A stretch of DNA of 64,000 bases. It comes from Dimargaris cristalligena (Eukaryota). Position numbers and translations under genes: made by a program. The notes under the pieces are model-generated. The model did no database searches, was not told the DNA's origin, and saw nothing but the letters and a program-made list of their open reading frames with translations. The DNA lies in assembly GCA_003614675.1 (NCBI GenBank), contig ML002222.1:1-64000 (forward strand). The letters run 5' to 3'. This document shows, piece after piece, positions 12,444 through 25,270 of the stretch (within the stretch, counting starts at the first letter, position 1; every line of letters begins with the position of its first letter).

Positions 12444-13626
12444 GTGTATGATTGTTTACGGTAACGGTGATGAAGGGTTTTCTATGTGGTCCCAAAGAAT
12501 GGCACCAGAGTATAGACACTGTCGGGCTGGATAATAGATATTTAAAAAAGAGAAATGTCAGGAAAATGGACCATTGGGTTCAACAGGCAACCGTAGAGCG
12601 GCTCGCCGAGAAATACTACCTGGCAAGAAATACGCCCATGAGCCTACCATGCCCACCTAACCTAGTCGAGCTATTTCAAGGGCCAATTATAGTGGGGGGA
12701 AAGCCCTCCCTTGTCCATTTTACTCGCTGTTGCAAGTTATACATAATATTAGCCCATCCCTTTTTATTTTGTGGAAGGGGATAAAAAGACCTAGCCAGCC
12801 ATCATATTGGGGTCACATGACTAGATAACCATGGTTATTTCCGGGATCAATTTATTGACCCGCACACCGTTGGGGCCTGTGGTGGACATCTACAGGTACT
12901 TGAACTGATGATTCTATAGAGCACTCTCAGCACCATTACCTCCCAGAAATTTCCCTCTATAACACAATGGCGTTAAACTTTGTGCACTAAGAAATATTGC
13001 GAAGGCACAGTGTTAGTGGATAGCAGCATCTTTGCCTCCGTTCGTGACATTATAAACGAAGTATACAAACCCCAGTCTAACCGCTGAATTATCCTTTACA
13101 CCATTTATACGCCATCTCCAACATCACTAAACCAAAATAAGCCTGATATTGTTTCTGAGAATGACAAGCAATAGGTCGAGTAGCGGGGTTTCGGTGCTGT
13201 GCAGCAAAATACACTTCGGGGTGCTCTTTACCACAAATTTAAATACTACCCTTTCCGCAAAAATGTGGCTAGTTGATTAGGCAACCTATTCTCTTCACTA
13301 ACGGCATCTCATACATCATACACATTCAATTGCCCTAGACAGCCCCGGCGATAACGGAAGAACAATATTTACCGGCCAGTCTTCCCGCAGTGTTGTTAAA
13401 AATAAATTTCCTGAAATCTACGGTTGTCGCTCAAAAAAATGTAATATTCTGTGCAAAATCCATGGCTATGGGGAGAAAATGGGGGGGGGAGGGTGATAAG
13501 TTAGAAATAAAGGTAGGCGCGAGTGTAGTAATTTTGGGGGAAAAATCAAACCAGGAAGAAGTGGAGAGAAAGAGAGAGGTAGGCGGGATTGGGTTCGGGT
13601 TAAATGGGAGGGGGATACCAAGAAAC

Positions 13627-14796
13627 TTAGAAGCGCTCGTTCTGCTTGGATGAGTAAGCACGGTAACCCATGAAGATAACACCGCACACAACACCGAGCA
13701 CTACCAAACGGAGCCACCAACCCAAGGCGGTCCAGGCATTTTCCTTATTGAGGAACGAATCGCCACCATGGTGCTCCATTTGTTCGGCCGTTGTCACATC
13801 CATGGACTGGGTCTTCACCGAGATCAAATCGTGATTGTCAGAAATATCGCCGGTGTGGGCGGAGAAGCCCATGTAGAGATTGTTGGGCAGGGTGACGTTA
13901 GTCGCCGTGAAGCAGTCCTCCCAGGTGTCCTTGTCTACCATCATACGCACTTGCAGGAACTTGTTCTTGAGGTAGGTGATGGACGCCTTGACGGGCTTCT
14001 CCGTACCCCGGAAGTAGGCGCTGCACCCACCGATGCTATGGGCCTCGCCGTCGTTGCTGTGGTCGTAGGGGGTACGGCCATCGCCAACCATGGCCGAGAC
14101 GCGGGGGAAGGTGTAGGGATGCTGGGCATTGGAGTAGGTATCAAAGAAGACCCCCAGGCCCTTGAAGTAATCCTTGCTTCCGAATACGGGGCCTTCGATG
14201 ATGCGATCAGTGGTGGCCCAAAAGGCAATACCGTCACCGTAGAGGTAGGAGCCCTTGCCGCTAATGCGGAATTCAAACTCCACCTTCCACGTGTCAGCGG
14301 GCAGGAAATGGGTGCTCCAGACCCAACCCTGGCGGCCGGGGTAGTCGGGGGTCAGGCGAATCTTCTTTAGCGTATCGATGACAGCATCACCACCGTAGTC
14401 CCAGTAGAGCGGGTAAAAGCCCTCATCTAGGATATGAGGTAATGTTGAGAAGTGGTGGATGGAATGGGGGGAACAGAAGCAAGGTTAGGAGTAATAGTGC
14501 AGGACTTTAGTATAAACACGGGAAACCCAACTGAAACGGACTGGCCAAATAAGCATCCAGGAATGAGCGAAAGCCAAGGTACACCAATGCCCACGTCCAA
14601 GGGAGAGAGTGGCTGTACAACGAAGAATATCCTAAAGGATTACTGCGCTTGACTTACCGACATAAGGCGGCTCTAAGGTGTGGGTCCGCAGATCCTTGAT
14701 CTCCTCCTTGGCGGAGACGGAAGGGGACGAGAGGAGGAGGCTACTCAGGCCGAAAACCCAGGCGGATGCCTTGAGTAGGTTCTTCGCAAACTTCAT
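13627..14796 (-). CDS. L-type (legume-like) lectin, VIP36/ERGIC-53/Emp47 family cargo receptor (2 exons)
   Basis: Exons 14796-14658 and 14426-13627. Signal peptide, THTLEPPYV, WDYGGDAVI, YGDGIAFW, GLGVFFDTYSN, GFSAHTGDISDNHD, C-terminal TM helix and short ...ERF tail. Confidence 0.93.
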
Positions 14797-15513
14797 CTGG
14801 GGCGGGAATTAGGGACAGTACAAGGAAAGGAGAGGAACGGTAAATAAGAGGCGGTAACTAAAAGCGAAAATGGGCTGCCGAATAAACAGGAACGGGATAA
14901 AAGGAAGTTCATGGACCAGGCAGATGAGAAGGGAGGCTGGAACTACCGGTTTGTCTTGCCAGAGAGGCCCTGGGACGAGTCGCTCGCCATTCAGAGGGCT
15001 TGGGAAGAATGTTCAAGGTCCGTTGGCTGGGCGGAGTGTAGGAGTTTCGAGCCTCAAATTGTAGAATAGTTGCTTACTAAACGGCGAATCAAATGATAGG
15101 ACAACGCTTATTTCCCCTGCTTATTTTCCAAACGTATACGGTTTGTGAGCCCTTTGCCCGATGTAGTCTTTGCTCTTAGTATATGCGCATACGGACAGTA
15201 TAGTGCTATAAAAACACCGTTAACGAACGGATGGCTTGGAATTCCCACCTTTCTTTACTAGTTAATTTGTAGCTACTCAGTAATAGTTTATTCTGCATTT
15301 GCTTTTACGGGAACCCTGTCATCCTGATCCAAATGCCTAGCCACTAGTGAGCCAAGTTGTAGGGTTAAAGTAACCGAAAAATAAGGGTAACAATTCTAAG
15401 TTTATTCACAAAAATAATAATATGGAAATCCCCTTTTTCAACTGGTAAATGGAGAAAGGCTAAAGAATATACCGGATACCAATACAATCTATAAAACCAG
15501 CATGCCCCTTACA

Positions 15514-17169
15514 CTAAAGCTTGGCCTTCATGCTCTTGCTCAGGAAATGCTGAGCCACAATGCGGCGCTGAATCTTACCCGTCGCAGTACGGGGGAAATC
15601 CTCCACTATATAGATCCGCTTGGGCACTTTAAAGGGAGCAAGGGACTTGAGACAGTAGGCCTTGACTTGCTCTTCGGTCAAACTAGACGGGCCATTAGCA
15701 CCGCCGCTGGACGCTGACTTCTTTTTCGGGACCACGGCGGCATGCACTTCCTGGCCGTAAATTTCATCAGGGACGGCAAATGACACCGCATCGGCCACGT
15801 CAGGGTGATGCAGCAGTACCGCATCGACCTCCAGGGGACTGATTTTCTCGCCACCGCGGTTGATGAGTTCCTTGATGCGACCGGTAATAACCAAATACCC
15901 CTCGGCATCGAGATGCCCCTGGTCGCCGGTCCGGAACCAACCTCCGTCGGCATGAAAAGACGTGGCATTCGCCTGGGGATTATTAAGGTAGCCCTTGGTG
16001 ACGTTGGGACCCCGCACGCATACCTCAGCGTCGGTCCCTTGGGGCACAGTCCGGCCGGCATCGTCCAGAATGGCCACATCCACGCCAAATCCCAGGCCCA
16101 CCGAGCCGGCCTTGCGGGCGCGCGGGGGCAGAGGGTTGGAGGTCATTTGGTGGGCGGCTTCGGTCATGGCATATGCCTCCAGAACGGGAACTCCGTATGA
16201 TGCTTCGAGCTGCTTATGAACCACCGGGGCCAGGGCCGACGAGCAAGACCGAATGAATCGCAGACGGTGGCTGCCGGGTGGGGGAGCCGGGTGTCGAAGC
16301 AGAATCTGGTGGATGGTGGGCACGGCCGTATACCAGGTGCACCCGGTGGCCAACACATCGGGCCAGAAATGCGACGCCGAAAATTTCCGGGGCAGCACCA
16401 CCGTACCCCCACTCAACAGGGTGGCCAAGAGTCCGGCCACCAGGCCGTGGACATGGAAGAGGGGCATAACCAGGTAGGTGCGGTCCTGGGCCGTCAATTG
16501 GTAGGTTCGCACAATATTGCGCATAGACTGAGTGATGTTCCCGTGGCTCAGGGGCACCGCTTTGGGCCGTCCGGTAGTGCCCGACGTGTGCAACAGCAGG
16601 GCCGTGTCATTGGCCTGCGGGGGCCGCAGGAAGCTCGAACCCTCAGTAACCGACCCACTACGGTTAGCGACGGTCGAACGAGTCGACTTCGTATTATCCC
16701 TACCCTCTTCCAAAGGCACCAAGGACACGCCGCCCCGGGCCGTATCCCAGTGCAGCACCCAAACGGCGCAGCGGTGGGAACATGCCCGAGCGGACTGGAC
16801 GGCCGGATGGTTGACCGTCGTCCCCTGGGGTACCAACAATAAGCGGGATTTGGAATCGTTAAGGTAAAAGTCGAATTCATCGCGGGTCAGGGCCGGGTTC
16901 ATGGGTGCGGCGGTACACCGGTAGAGGGCGGTGCCCAAGAAAGCCAGGACGCATTCTAGCGAATTGGGGAAAATGGACGATACCACGTCACCCGGTTGTA
17001 GGTCCACGGCACCCTTATCCGCCAGAATGCGCTGGAAGGTCACTAAGGCCTGTTTCAGTTGGTGGTAGGATAAGGAGCCGGCCGGATGAGAGCCGCCCGA
17101 GGGCGGGGTGGCTATGGCTTCGGCCCCGGCCTTATTGCGGGCGAAAATATCGATAAAAGTAGAGGACAT
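15514..17169 (-). CDS. PCS60: Peroxisomal acyl-CoA synthetase / oxalate-CoA ligase
   Basis: AMP-binding motif LHTSGTTGRPK, PLFHVHGL, EAYAMTEAAHQMTSNPLP, RTGDQG, RIKELINRGGEKISP, PRTATGKIQR; C-terminal PTS1 AKL. Confidence 0.92.
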   Translation of the reverse strand: MSSTFIDIFARNKAGAEAIATPPSGGSHPAGSLSYHQLKQALVTFQRILADKGAVDLQPGDVVSSIFPNSLECVLAFLGTALYRCTAAPMNPALTRDEFDFYLNDSKSRLLLVPQGTTVNHPAVQSARACSHRCAVWVLHWDTARGGVSLVPLEEGRDNTKSTRSTVANRSGSVTEGSSFLRPPQANDTALLLHTSGTTGRPKAVPLSHGNITQSMRNIVRTYQLTAQDRTYLVMPLFHVHGLVAGLLATLLSGGTVVLPRKFSASHFWPDVLATGCTWYTAVPTIHQILLRHPAPPPGSHRLRFIRSCSSALAPVVHKQLEASYGVPVLEAYAMTEAAHQMTSNPLPPRARKAGSVGLGFGVDVAILDDAGRTVPQGTDAEVCVRGPNVTKGYLNNPQANATSFHADGGWFRTGDQGHLDAEGYLVITGRIKELINRGGEKISPLEVDAVLLHHPDVADAVSFAVPDEIYGQEVHAAVVPKKKSASSGGANGPSSLTEEQVKAYCLKSLAPFKVPKRIYIVEDFPRTATGKIQRRIVAQHFLSKSMKAKL

Positions 17170-18057
17170 GGTGGGAATGGGCAATAAACGTCGAAATTCA
17201 ATACGGTTATTGGGGAAGGTAATGAATAGGATATATATATGTGGTATAGACGGAAGCTAGGAGTTACTACAGAACTGCCAATACATAGGAAAGAGAAACC
17301 AGGTGTGGTGTCCTCGTAAGCTATTCAAGAAAGAGGGGGTGGGTATAGGGCTCGTCACAGGCAAGTGAGGCTGGTCGTTTAAGCCCACTACTACTAATCC
17401 CCATATATTAAGATGGAAACGGGGGGGCTGCTACGCCCCATAACGCAGCTTGATTGGCTTCGCCAGAGGTGTGGGGAAGCAGTCATCTATCCTCTCCTCC
17501 AGAAATGCGCCCCATATGTATATCTCCTATTTGAAGGTATAGTATACGTTATCTATGGGCCTGGGCATTTCGCCTTTTAACCTGTACGTCATAGAATAGG
17601 GCCAAGCAAATGAGGTAATCCCGGCATAAGGATTGTCGTTTATTTGCAAATTGACCCACTTTTGGAGTCTTGACAAAAATGTAGGAGTGTGTTAAAAGGG
17701 ATTGGCTATTGTTATCACTCAATTACCGGAAAACCATCAAAATGATAAATAGGGCTAACCGTGAAAGTATTTTCAACTCTAAAGAGTCGATACATAAAGG
17801 ATTTAATAGGACTTTTTAATTGTGGCGTTTGAATTAAAGGCGGACATGCGGGCATCAAGTGCTAATCGAAAAAAAAGGAGGATATCTTGGTGCACATGGA
17901 AAATGATGGAGTTGAGGAGGTTATTCATGCAATTGAGGCAATATTGTGGTCCGCAAAAGAGAGTAACTAATGCCCCCCATGGGATTGGTGGTTGTAGTGG
18001 GGTTAATATAAAGACAAGACAGTACCAAGTAAATAAACTAAGTTGTAAGTATACCAT

Positions 18058-18308
18058 CTAGAGAACACCCTTGGTACTAGGTACGTCATTGCTCCCGGTG
18101 GTTTCGATGGCTTCCCGGATGGCTACAGCAAGGGCCTTGAACGCCGATTCGGCCCTAAAGTAAACGATTAAGCCACGCAGAGACACACACATGTAAATGG
18201 CAAACAAGTAGCCGTTAGTAACAGGTATTATGCTCTCGTATATCAGAAACCAATCCCGACATATAGCGGAGGTCTGCTCCAACATCTCCACTTATATTCC
18301 GATCTGAC

Positions 18309-18343
<35 letters not shown>

Positions 18344-18900
18344 AGGTTTCCCCCGAAAAATACTTACCGATGGTGGTCATTGTTGCCCTTCAGACAATCG
18401 ACGTGCAACGTAATCCCAGCCGCGGTAGCGAAACTTTCCAGCACATGGGGGATCATTTCACACGACAACTGACCGATCATTTCCCGGCGCAGGCCCAAAT
18501 CGATGGTCGCGTAACCCCGGCCGGAGATATCGACCACCGCGCGACTCAACGCTTCGTCCAAAGGTGCGAAACCCGTCCCGAACCGCCGGATACCACGCAC
18601 GGCCCCGAGGGCCTGTTTGAAAGCCTGGCCCAGGGCGATGGCCGTGTCTTCGGCGGTGTGGTGATCGTCAATGTGGATGTCGCCCGCACAGGTGAGCACC
18701 AGGGACCACCGCGCGTGTTTGGCCAGCGCATGGTACATGTGATCGAGGAAACCGATGCCCGTGGCAATGTCAATGACTTGCTCGGTGGAGGAGGTGCCGG
18801 ACTCCTGGAGACTACCCAGGCGTAGCTGGATTTTAATATCCGTCTCGTTGGTCTTGCGCTGGACTGTGGCGGTGCGGGGGCCTTCGAAAATGGACGACAT
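18058..18900 (-). CDS. HIS3: Imidazoleglycerol-phosphate dehydratase (2 exons)
   Basis: Exons 18900-18368 and 18154-18058; [53 protein letters not shown]. Confidence 0.97.
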
Positions 18901-20644
18901 GATTGGTTTCACAGGGGAGATATATATGGTAGTATGCTAGAAAACGTGGTTGCGAGTATATGAAGAGCTGTTATCGGGAAGTAGGGTGAGAGTAGAGAGA
19001 TGAGCAGGCGCTAATCGGGTAAGTATAATAAAATAGCCTTCCCAATAAAAAAAATACCGATATGGAGAATGGTTACTACTGGAGAAATAAAAGAGAGGGA
19101 GAGGGGGCTCCAAGCCTGCCTGGACTACTTAAAGAGAAAAGTCACAAGGATTGGGAGACCCCTACTGGCCCTACCCAGTGCCATGCCATATGATAGGAGG
19201 AGCAATACATCCACCAAACATCTGCAGGAAATTTTACCCTAGATGGCGAGAAAGTAGGCTCCATAGTAGCAACTAGTTAGTCATCTGTGATCCAATAGGC
19301 AGGTGCGGTAATGAGAAAACTGCGATAAAGTGGGGGGTGGGTTGTCCAAGTATTGCTGCCATGCTTTTGATGGTATCTTATATTGTAAATCGAACCCACT
19401 CTATCAATTTCATAGTTTGGTGTCGCTGTTGGACAGAATGTTACCCTGTGGACACCAGTCAACTGTAACACCCCTTTCAAAAGTAAATTACTATAGACGT
19501 TCGGGCAGTAATACAGCAATTTACGTAAAATACAATACCAAGACTGTTTCAAGGGAAATGAAAGGGATTTCTGTACTACCATGTCCACCGAAACCAGTAA
19601 AGGCACCTGTAGTATAATCCAATCTAGGGATTATGTATCGGTTTGTCGAAATATGGTATTGGTGCCCCAACGGAGGTAAAAAGAAGGTAGACCGGACGTG
19701 GAATAAGGCGGCTCGAGGTATTAGAACGCCCACTAATTAATATTTGCTGCCACCCTGTTTTGGAATTGGATTTTACTTCTCGGATTAATAAAGAAGTTAC
19801 TCGGCAGAAAGTTCGACCATAATTATCAGCTGAAGGGGGGTATACATCGCTGATTTCGCCTGTAGAATAGTGTCCCTGAAACCATGCCATTAAAGCGACT
19901 TATAATGCTCCTCCGGATAACCGAAATTAAATGAGGCATCCTGGGAATTTGGGTACAATTGTTCTAAGCCGATGATTTAGTACCTTCTTCCTCACATGCC
20001 CTTCCATTTTTAAATCCAACCTAATGCATGGTTAATAACGGGCCGTTATCCAACTATTGGCCTATTTAGCGCCTCGTTGTCTAGGAAGATGACGAAGCCA
20101 CAGCACAAGAAGGTGGGGGACTCTTACCAACTCCAGAAATCCACACGTGTTTACTAGCGATCCAAAAACGGTAGGGTTATTTTGGGGAAGCATGATGCCT
20201 GCGGCAGGGTGAATATTATTCCGGGATACCAGCATACCGTCGAATTCAAGAAGGCATGTCACGGCCATCAGTCCAACCATTTCTATGCCTATTTTCATCC
20301 CCAGTTCCCATTAATACCATAACATATTAATAATAGAACAGCGATTCAATTCACATGGCTTATCGCAATTGTAACTTAAATGGTAATCAGTAATTCCCGG
20401 ATCATCTATTGTTCCAATCCACCGCCAAATGCCAAAAGGCTTCACTCTTCCCATTAGGGACACAGCATTAGGTCGTGGCTATGCTGCGACTAGACTACGA
20501 CCATTCGATCGGGGGTTGATCAGATTCAGCAATGCTTAACTGGTGCCATTGTCGGCACATTACAATGACTGCTAAGCAGATTCATCTGCCTAAATAAGGC
20601 ATATATCGAGCTATAATGAAGGGTTTAGTTGTCAAGGCTGGTCT

Positions 20645-21635
20645 GATCATCCTTGGGTGAAAACAGGCCCGAAGGTTCAGGGTGCTTTTCTGCATTGTTA
20701 TTATGAAAGTCTTGCTATATGGAAGCCTCCTACCAAAAACTTTGATTGTAGCCCTATCCCAAGATCAGGTCATGGGGCAGGCAGTATCCTAGGCCATAAC
20801 ACCAGTTTATTGCACCTAACCATAATCCAATGGGCCTATCTTACTATAGGTTTAATTACAATAGACATTCATGAAACCGTTTGAATAGGCCACAAAGGGA
20901 AAACTGGGGCATGGTAACCATTATATGACCCATTCCTAATATGCATCGCCACTTAGGGTATAATCCCATTAAATCCTTGGAATAGACACCTGGTTGCAGT
21001 TCACTTTGAAGAGATCTTTCCTTACATTAAATTTGGTTAGTAAAATTACCTGTAGAAAATGTATAAATACCAGTAGCTTGCACCTACAGAATCCTATCAT
21101 TAACATCAAATACTGGGTACGTTTTCCTCTCACACCACTCTCCACCCATATTCTTTTCCCTGCTTTTAACACTAAACTCATATTTCTCTCACCCCACTCC
21201 CTCTCCTCCTCCTCCTCCCCCCTTACCAATGACTGCACCATGGCCTTTACCTCACTTCCTGGTGGCCAACATCATAAAAACAGCTTGGTCCTACCCTGCA
21301 GTAATGCAGAAAGAAATTAAATACAGTCCCCCCCCAACAGGGCGACTGTGGGTATCCTTCATTTGTATTGAAGGATTACCCTGTACATGACCCCCAGTCA
21401 AAGCTAACTGATGCAGACCGGGGGAAAGCTAATAATCCAGCCTCCAACTAGGCAAAAACTAGGAGGTGCCTGCCAAATTGCAGGTTAAATGAAGGGTGGT
21501 TTGCCCACCAATATTTCGGTCATATTTGCATAATAATAAATGTGCATCTATATTTCTGTAATTATATGTGTATAACTATATTTTTGTAATTATATATGTA
21601 TGTCTATATTTCTGCAATTAGCTGAGGATGGTGGT
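20645..21635. mobile_element. Probable decayed non-autonomous transposon relic
   Basis: About 1 kb with very few CpG and no credible ORF. Weak terminal inverted match CATCCTTGG / CTGAGGATG; subterminal tandem repeats at 21540-21620. Confidence 0.35.
21540..21620. repeat. Three imperfect ~28-bp tandem repeats
   Basis: ATGTG...CTATATTTYTGYAATTA repeated three times. Confidence 0.7.
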
Positions 21636-23059
21636 GTCCTTTTTATATCCCAAATCCTGTGCATTGAATAAACTGTGTTAATAGTCGGATTATTATTTTT
21701 TTGTAGAAATTAGCCTAAGATAATGGCAGGTAACAAGGTAATTGGGTTGAATTATTCCATATAGTTGATAATGCTGCTGTGGCGATATGGATAATGGAAG
21801 AGTCATGGATGAATACCTTTGTTTGTTTTGATGGAATTTTTTTTTGAAATGGTTGGTGGGAATAAGCCATACTAACATCTAAAATACGGCGTTGGACGGC
21901 GTATGCTAATCAAGGTAACATCCTAAGTTCACTTTAGGTTGGCAGTATTTTCGATTAGTCTGAATAACACCAATGCCAGTAAATATAGACACCAAACATC
22001 AATCGACTAGCATTGTCTATTCAACTTGATGAAAATATTACAACCGGTGGATGTACCTCTCGACTATCTAATTGATAATAAAAATTTCAATTAACATGCC
22101 TACTTTTTCGATTACCTCCACCAACAACTGGTGCATAATAAGGTATGTATGCTATGCTGGTTATAGCCCCACTCCCACCGGTAGCCACTTTTACCGATTC
22201 GCATGGTCTTATTGTGTTAATGGATAATGGCTCGGCGGTGGCGGCCCTTTGCCCTGCTGTATATCAAAATACCTAACCGACATTGCCCCACATATTTCAT
22301 TCTAAACCCTAGACAGTTGGAGGTAAATATATGGCCAGGAGATAAAGCTGGGCTAAGTACTGCTACGCACACAAATACGGGATTTTATAGAAGGGATGGA
22401 TTTGCCATTTGCGAGGGCCGCCATACGGTTAATTGGTGCGCTTTCCGTGATCTTGTCGAAATCTAAGCATCAAAGCCCTCCACGCTCAAGATACAAATAA
22501 GAGAGCGGGAGGTTTTCTAATCTAGCTAGATGGCTTCATAATAGGGCCCGTTGTCCAACGGTCCCAGATCAGCCTTTAAACTACATCTCCCACCTGATGA
22601 ACATGGATCAACTTGAATTATCACGACTAATACAGAGCGCGCATCTAGGCCTTTATTGCAGAGGCCTTTTCATTACACCAGACAAATTTTTATACTGTGG
22701 CATAGGATGGTGTGGGGGGGAGTGGGGGAGGGGAGTTAGAGATTTCGGAGAGAATAATGGAAGTATATTTGTTGATGACGGATTTGTGACCAAGGGAGCC
22801 AAAGCACACACACACATTGCTGTATAGAAAAGTGAAGAGTGAAAGCGAGAACAAACACCGTGGCCGAGAGAGAAAGTAGCGGATTCCAGGTAAGGATAAG
22901 TGCGATGGAAGCAGTAACCCCCACATACCACCAACATACACGCCCAGCCATATACCAGAGAAACCGCCAACACCCTCCCTCATAAAAAAACAAGTAACAC
23001 CCATCAACGCAATCAACCGTAATAAAGGGAAGAGATTGGAAGAGAAAAGAGAGGGTTGC

Positions 23060-23710
23060 TTATTTCTTGACCTTCTGGGATTCCTGGTCGGCCTTGTACT
23101 TGCGACGGGCGTCACGGATACCCTTGTGGCGCAGGTCGGAGCGGGCCATGCGCAGAGTGCGGTAAGCCTTGAAGGCCTTCTCCTCCTCGGAGACGGCGCG
23201 GACCTCAGTGGCGGCCTTGGGGTTCTGGACGGCGAACAGGGAAGTGACGGCGGCGGCATCAGCGGGCTGCTGGACGACGGCGGCGACCTCTTCAGCCGAG
23301 GCATCACCAACGATGGACTTCTTACCCTTGCGGGGGAAGACAATCAGCTTAGATTGGTAGGCCTGGAGGCGCTGGACGTTCCGCTGGAGGGACTCCTCGG
23401 ACCGGTTACGGCGACGATGGTCGACGGCGATACCGACGGTACGGGCGTACTTCTTACCCACCTTGGCGAGGGCCAGTTCCTCCAGAGTGAAACCACGGCC
23501 GGCGCGCATACGGTGGTTGTAACGCACGGTAGGGCAACGGACGGCGGGGCGGAGCAGACCATCAACGGGACGGGGGGCGATGGCGGCGGCCTTCTTGGCA
23601 CGGGTTACCTGGCGGCGGAGCTTGCGGCCGGGCTGGTTGAACCAAGTGCGGACACGGTTCTGCCAATCCTTGTGGAAATGGACATTGGGTAATTGGTTGT
23701 TGTGCTTCAT
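23060..23710 (-). CDS. RPL13: 60S ribosomal protein eL13
   Basis: MKHNNQLPNVHFHKDWQNRVRTWFNQP, LRPAVRCPTVRYN, RAGRGFTLEEL, GIAVDHRRRNRSEESLQRNVQRL; strong codon bias. Confidence 0.98.
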   Translation of the reverse strand: MKHNNQLPNVHFHKDWQNRVRTWFNQPGRKLRRQVTRAKKAAAIAPRPVDGLLRPAVRCPTVRYNHRMRAGRGFTLEELALAKVGKKYARTVGIAVDHRRRNRSEESLQRNVQRLQAYQSKLIVFPRKGKKSIVGDASAEEVAAVVQQPADAAAVTSLFAVQNPKAATEVRAVSEEEKAFKAYRTLRMARSDLRHKGIRDARRKYKADQESQKVKK

Positions 23711-23711
23711 T

Positions 23712-24377
23712 CTAAGGGGGTCGGAACGGAAGGGGTTGGGAAATACGGATAAATAGTTGGCGAGGTAAATAAGGGTTAGTGGTGGGAATCAGGAGAGTGC
23801 ACGGTTTTTAAATGGAGGACTAGAGATTCCTGCACGAAAGTTGCATCCAATCGGGAGCGCCAATGAACAATGATAAAGACAACGAGCGACGAGGACCGAG
23901 CGAGCGTCGCCTATTCACAATTGAGGCATTCGAACGAGGTCGTCAATATCATGACTACGCATGGCCTCAATATTCGTTTTTCCTATCGAACAGTCCCGCG
24001 ACGTATATAGGGTTTGACGCATCCACTGGGATGGATGGATACACCACAGGTAAGTCTTCTTAGGGGAGGACAGACCCAGCCAAGGCCTCGCATCCGTCTG
24101 TTAACTGAACCCTCGATATCCAAACCATCCTATCGGCATGCCGATACTACCAACCGAAGGAGTGTAGTCAGCAGACGTCGGTGGATACGACTGGCGATCG
24201 ACGGTCTTCTGCCGATGGGGATGGATGGATGGATGGATGGATCAGTGGCCAGGGGACTTGTTGAGTGCTCGCGGGACTGCTTCGGGCTCGATATCTCTCG
24301 CTGTCTTGGGGGTGTGTCTTTGCGGCGAGTGGATGTGGGTGGTGGAGTTTGGCGGCAAACGTAGGGGTTGAGCATAC
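23712..24377 (-). other. Putative 5'-UTR (leader) intron of RPL13
   Basis: Acceptor TTAG 1 nt before the ATG, with CTAAC branch and pyrimidine tract. Donor AAG|GTATGC at 24377. Pyrimidine tract CTCTCCCTTTTCC near 24451-24439 is a likely TSS. Confidence 0.65.
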
Positions 24378-25270
24378 CTTAATCACAGTGACCGCTGAGC
24401 CGTATACGAGCAAACTATACGTAATAATGGACTAGCACGGAAAAGGGAGAGACAGGACTTGAACTATTGACAATTTGCTATATACCTTGGATCAGGCGTT
24501 GTGTGTGGGGGGGGTCTAATTCTCTGCCCTCCTCCGCTTGGGGCTACATTTTTTATTCGCCTGAAATCGCGGTGGTATATGTTCACCAGTGGGCAGCCGA
24601 GAGAAGCTCTTCTTTTCCCCCCTTCACCATAATCTCTCTCTCTCTTGGGCCATCACCACTGCTGGATTTTCAATCACGTGAACCAAACCCGCTACACTAA
24701 CAAGTACTGGTGGGATCTGCCCCACCTCATTATACCCCTTTCGCTTGTTGCATGTGAGATGATAAGCCTTGGTCGCAATAGTTTAATGATCAATTGAGCT
24801 AACTAATATTTTACATAGAGCTCCACTGAGAATTATAGCTCCCTCTCAAACCCAGCGTTGCTCTCATATCCAACTGGCGCCTACGGGGCTTTCTAAGAAT
24901 CGCGAAGCATACCCGAATATCAATACCGAGATTCATACACATCATAGATCGAATACGCCAAGTAACATTCGCTTGAGAGACGAATTTATTGTAATAGAGC
25001 TACGAGCAATTCCACCTTGGACATGCATATCGTTGCACACCTACATAAACACATAAAGGAGGATATGGCCACCTTGAAACAAAGGATATTCATGACCCAG
25101 CTAACCTCAGGGATTAAAACAACCCAAACCACTCTGAAGCCCCCACGGCAGATCAACCTATAGTAGTATAACACGGGTAATTTTATTTCAGAAATGCATA
25201 TAAAGTGGAACAACAGATAATCATAGACCACACGGCATTATACGCGGGTCTGCTTCTTAAGTCATCTAGC

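Noticed and set aside
15514..18900. PCS60-HIS3 as a metabolic gene cluster
   Set aside because: Unrelated pathways; ordinary adjacency in a compact genome.
19277..20300. Short ORFs upstream of HIS3 as a possible transposase fragment
   Set aside because: No DDE, reverse transcriptase or other motif found in the frames I translated.
22690..23692. Long alternative-frame and antisense ORFs over RPL13 (also over the lectin, PCS60, MRPL6, phosphatase and HELLS genes)
   Set aside because: Shadow ORFs caused by GC-rich codon bias of the real genes.
24047..24055. U1 snRNA gene (ACTTACCTG on the minus strand)
   Set aside because: No U1 stem-loop I/II sequences or Sm site follow; only a 9-nt match.
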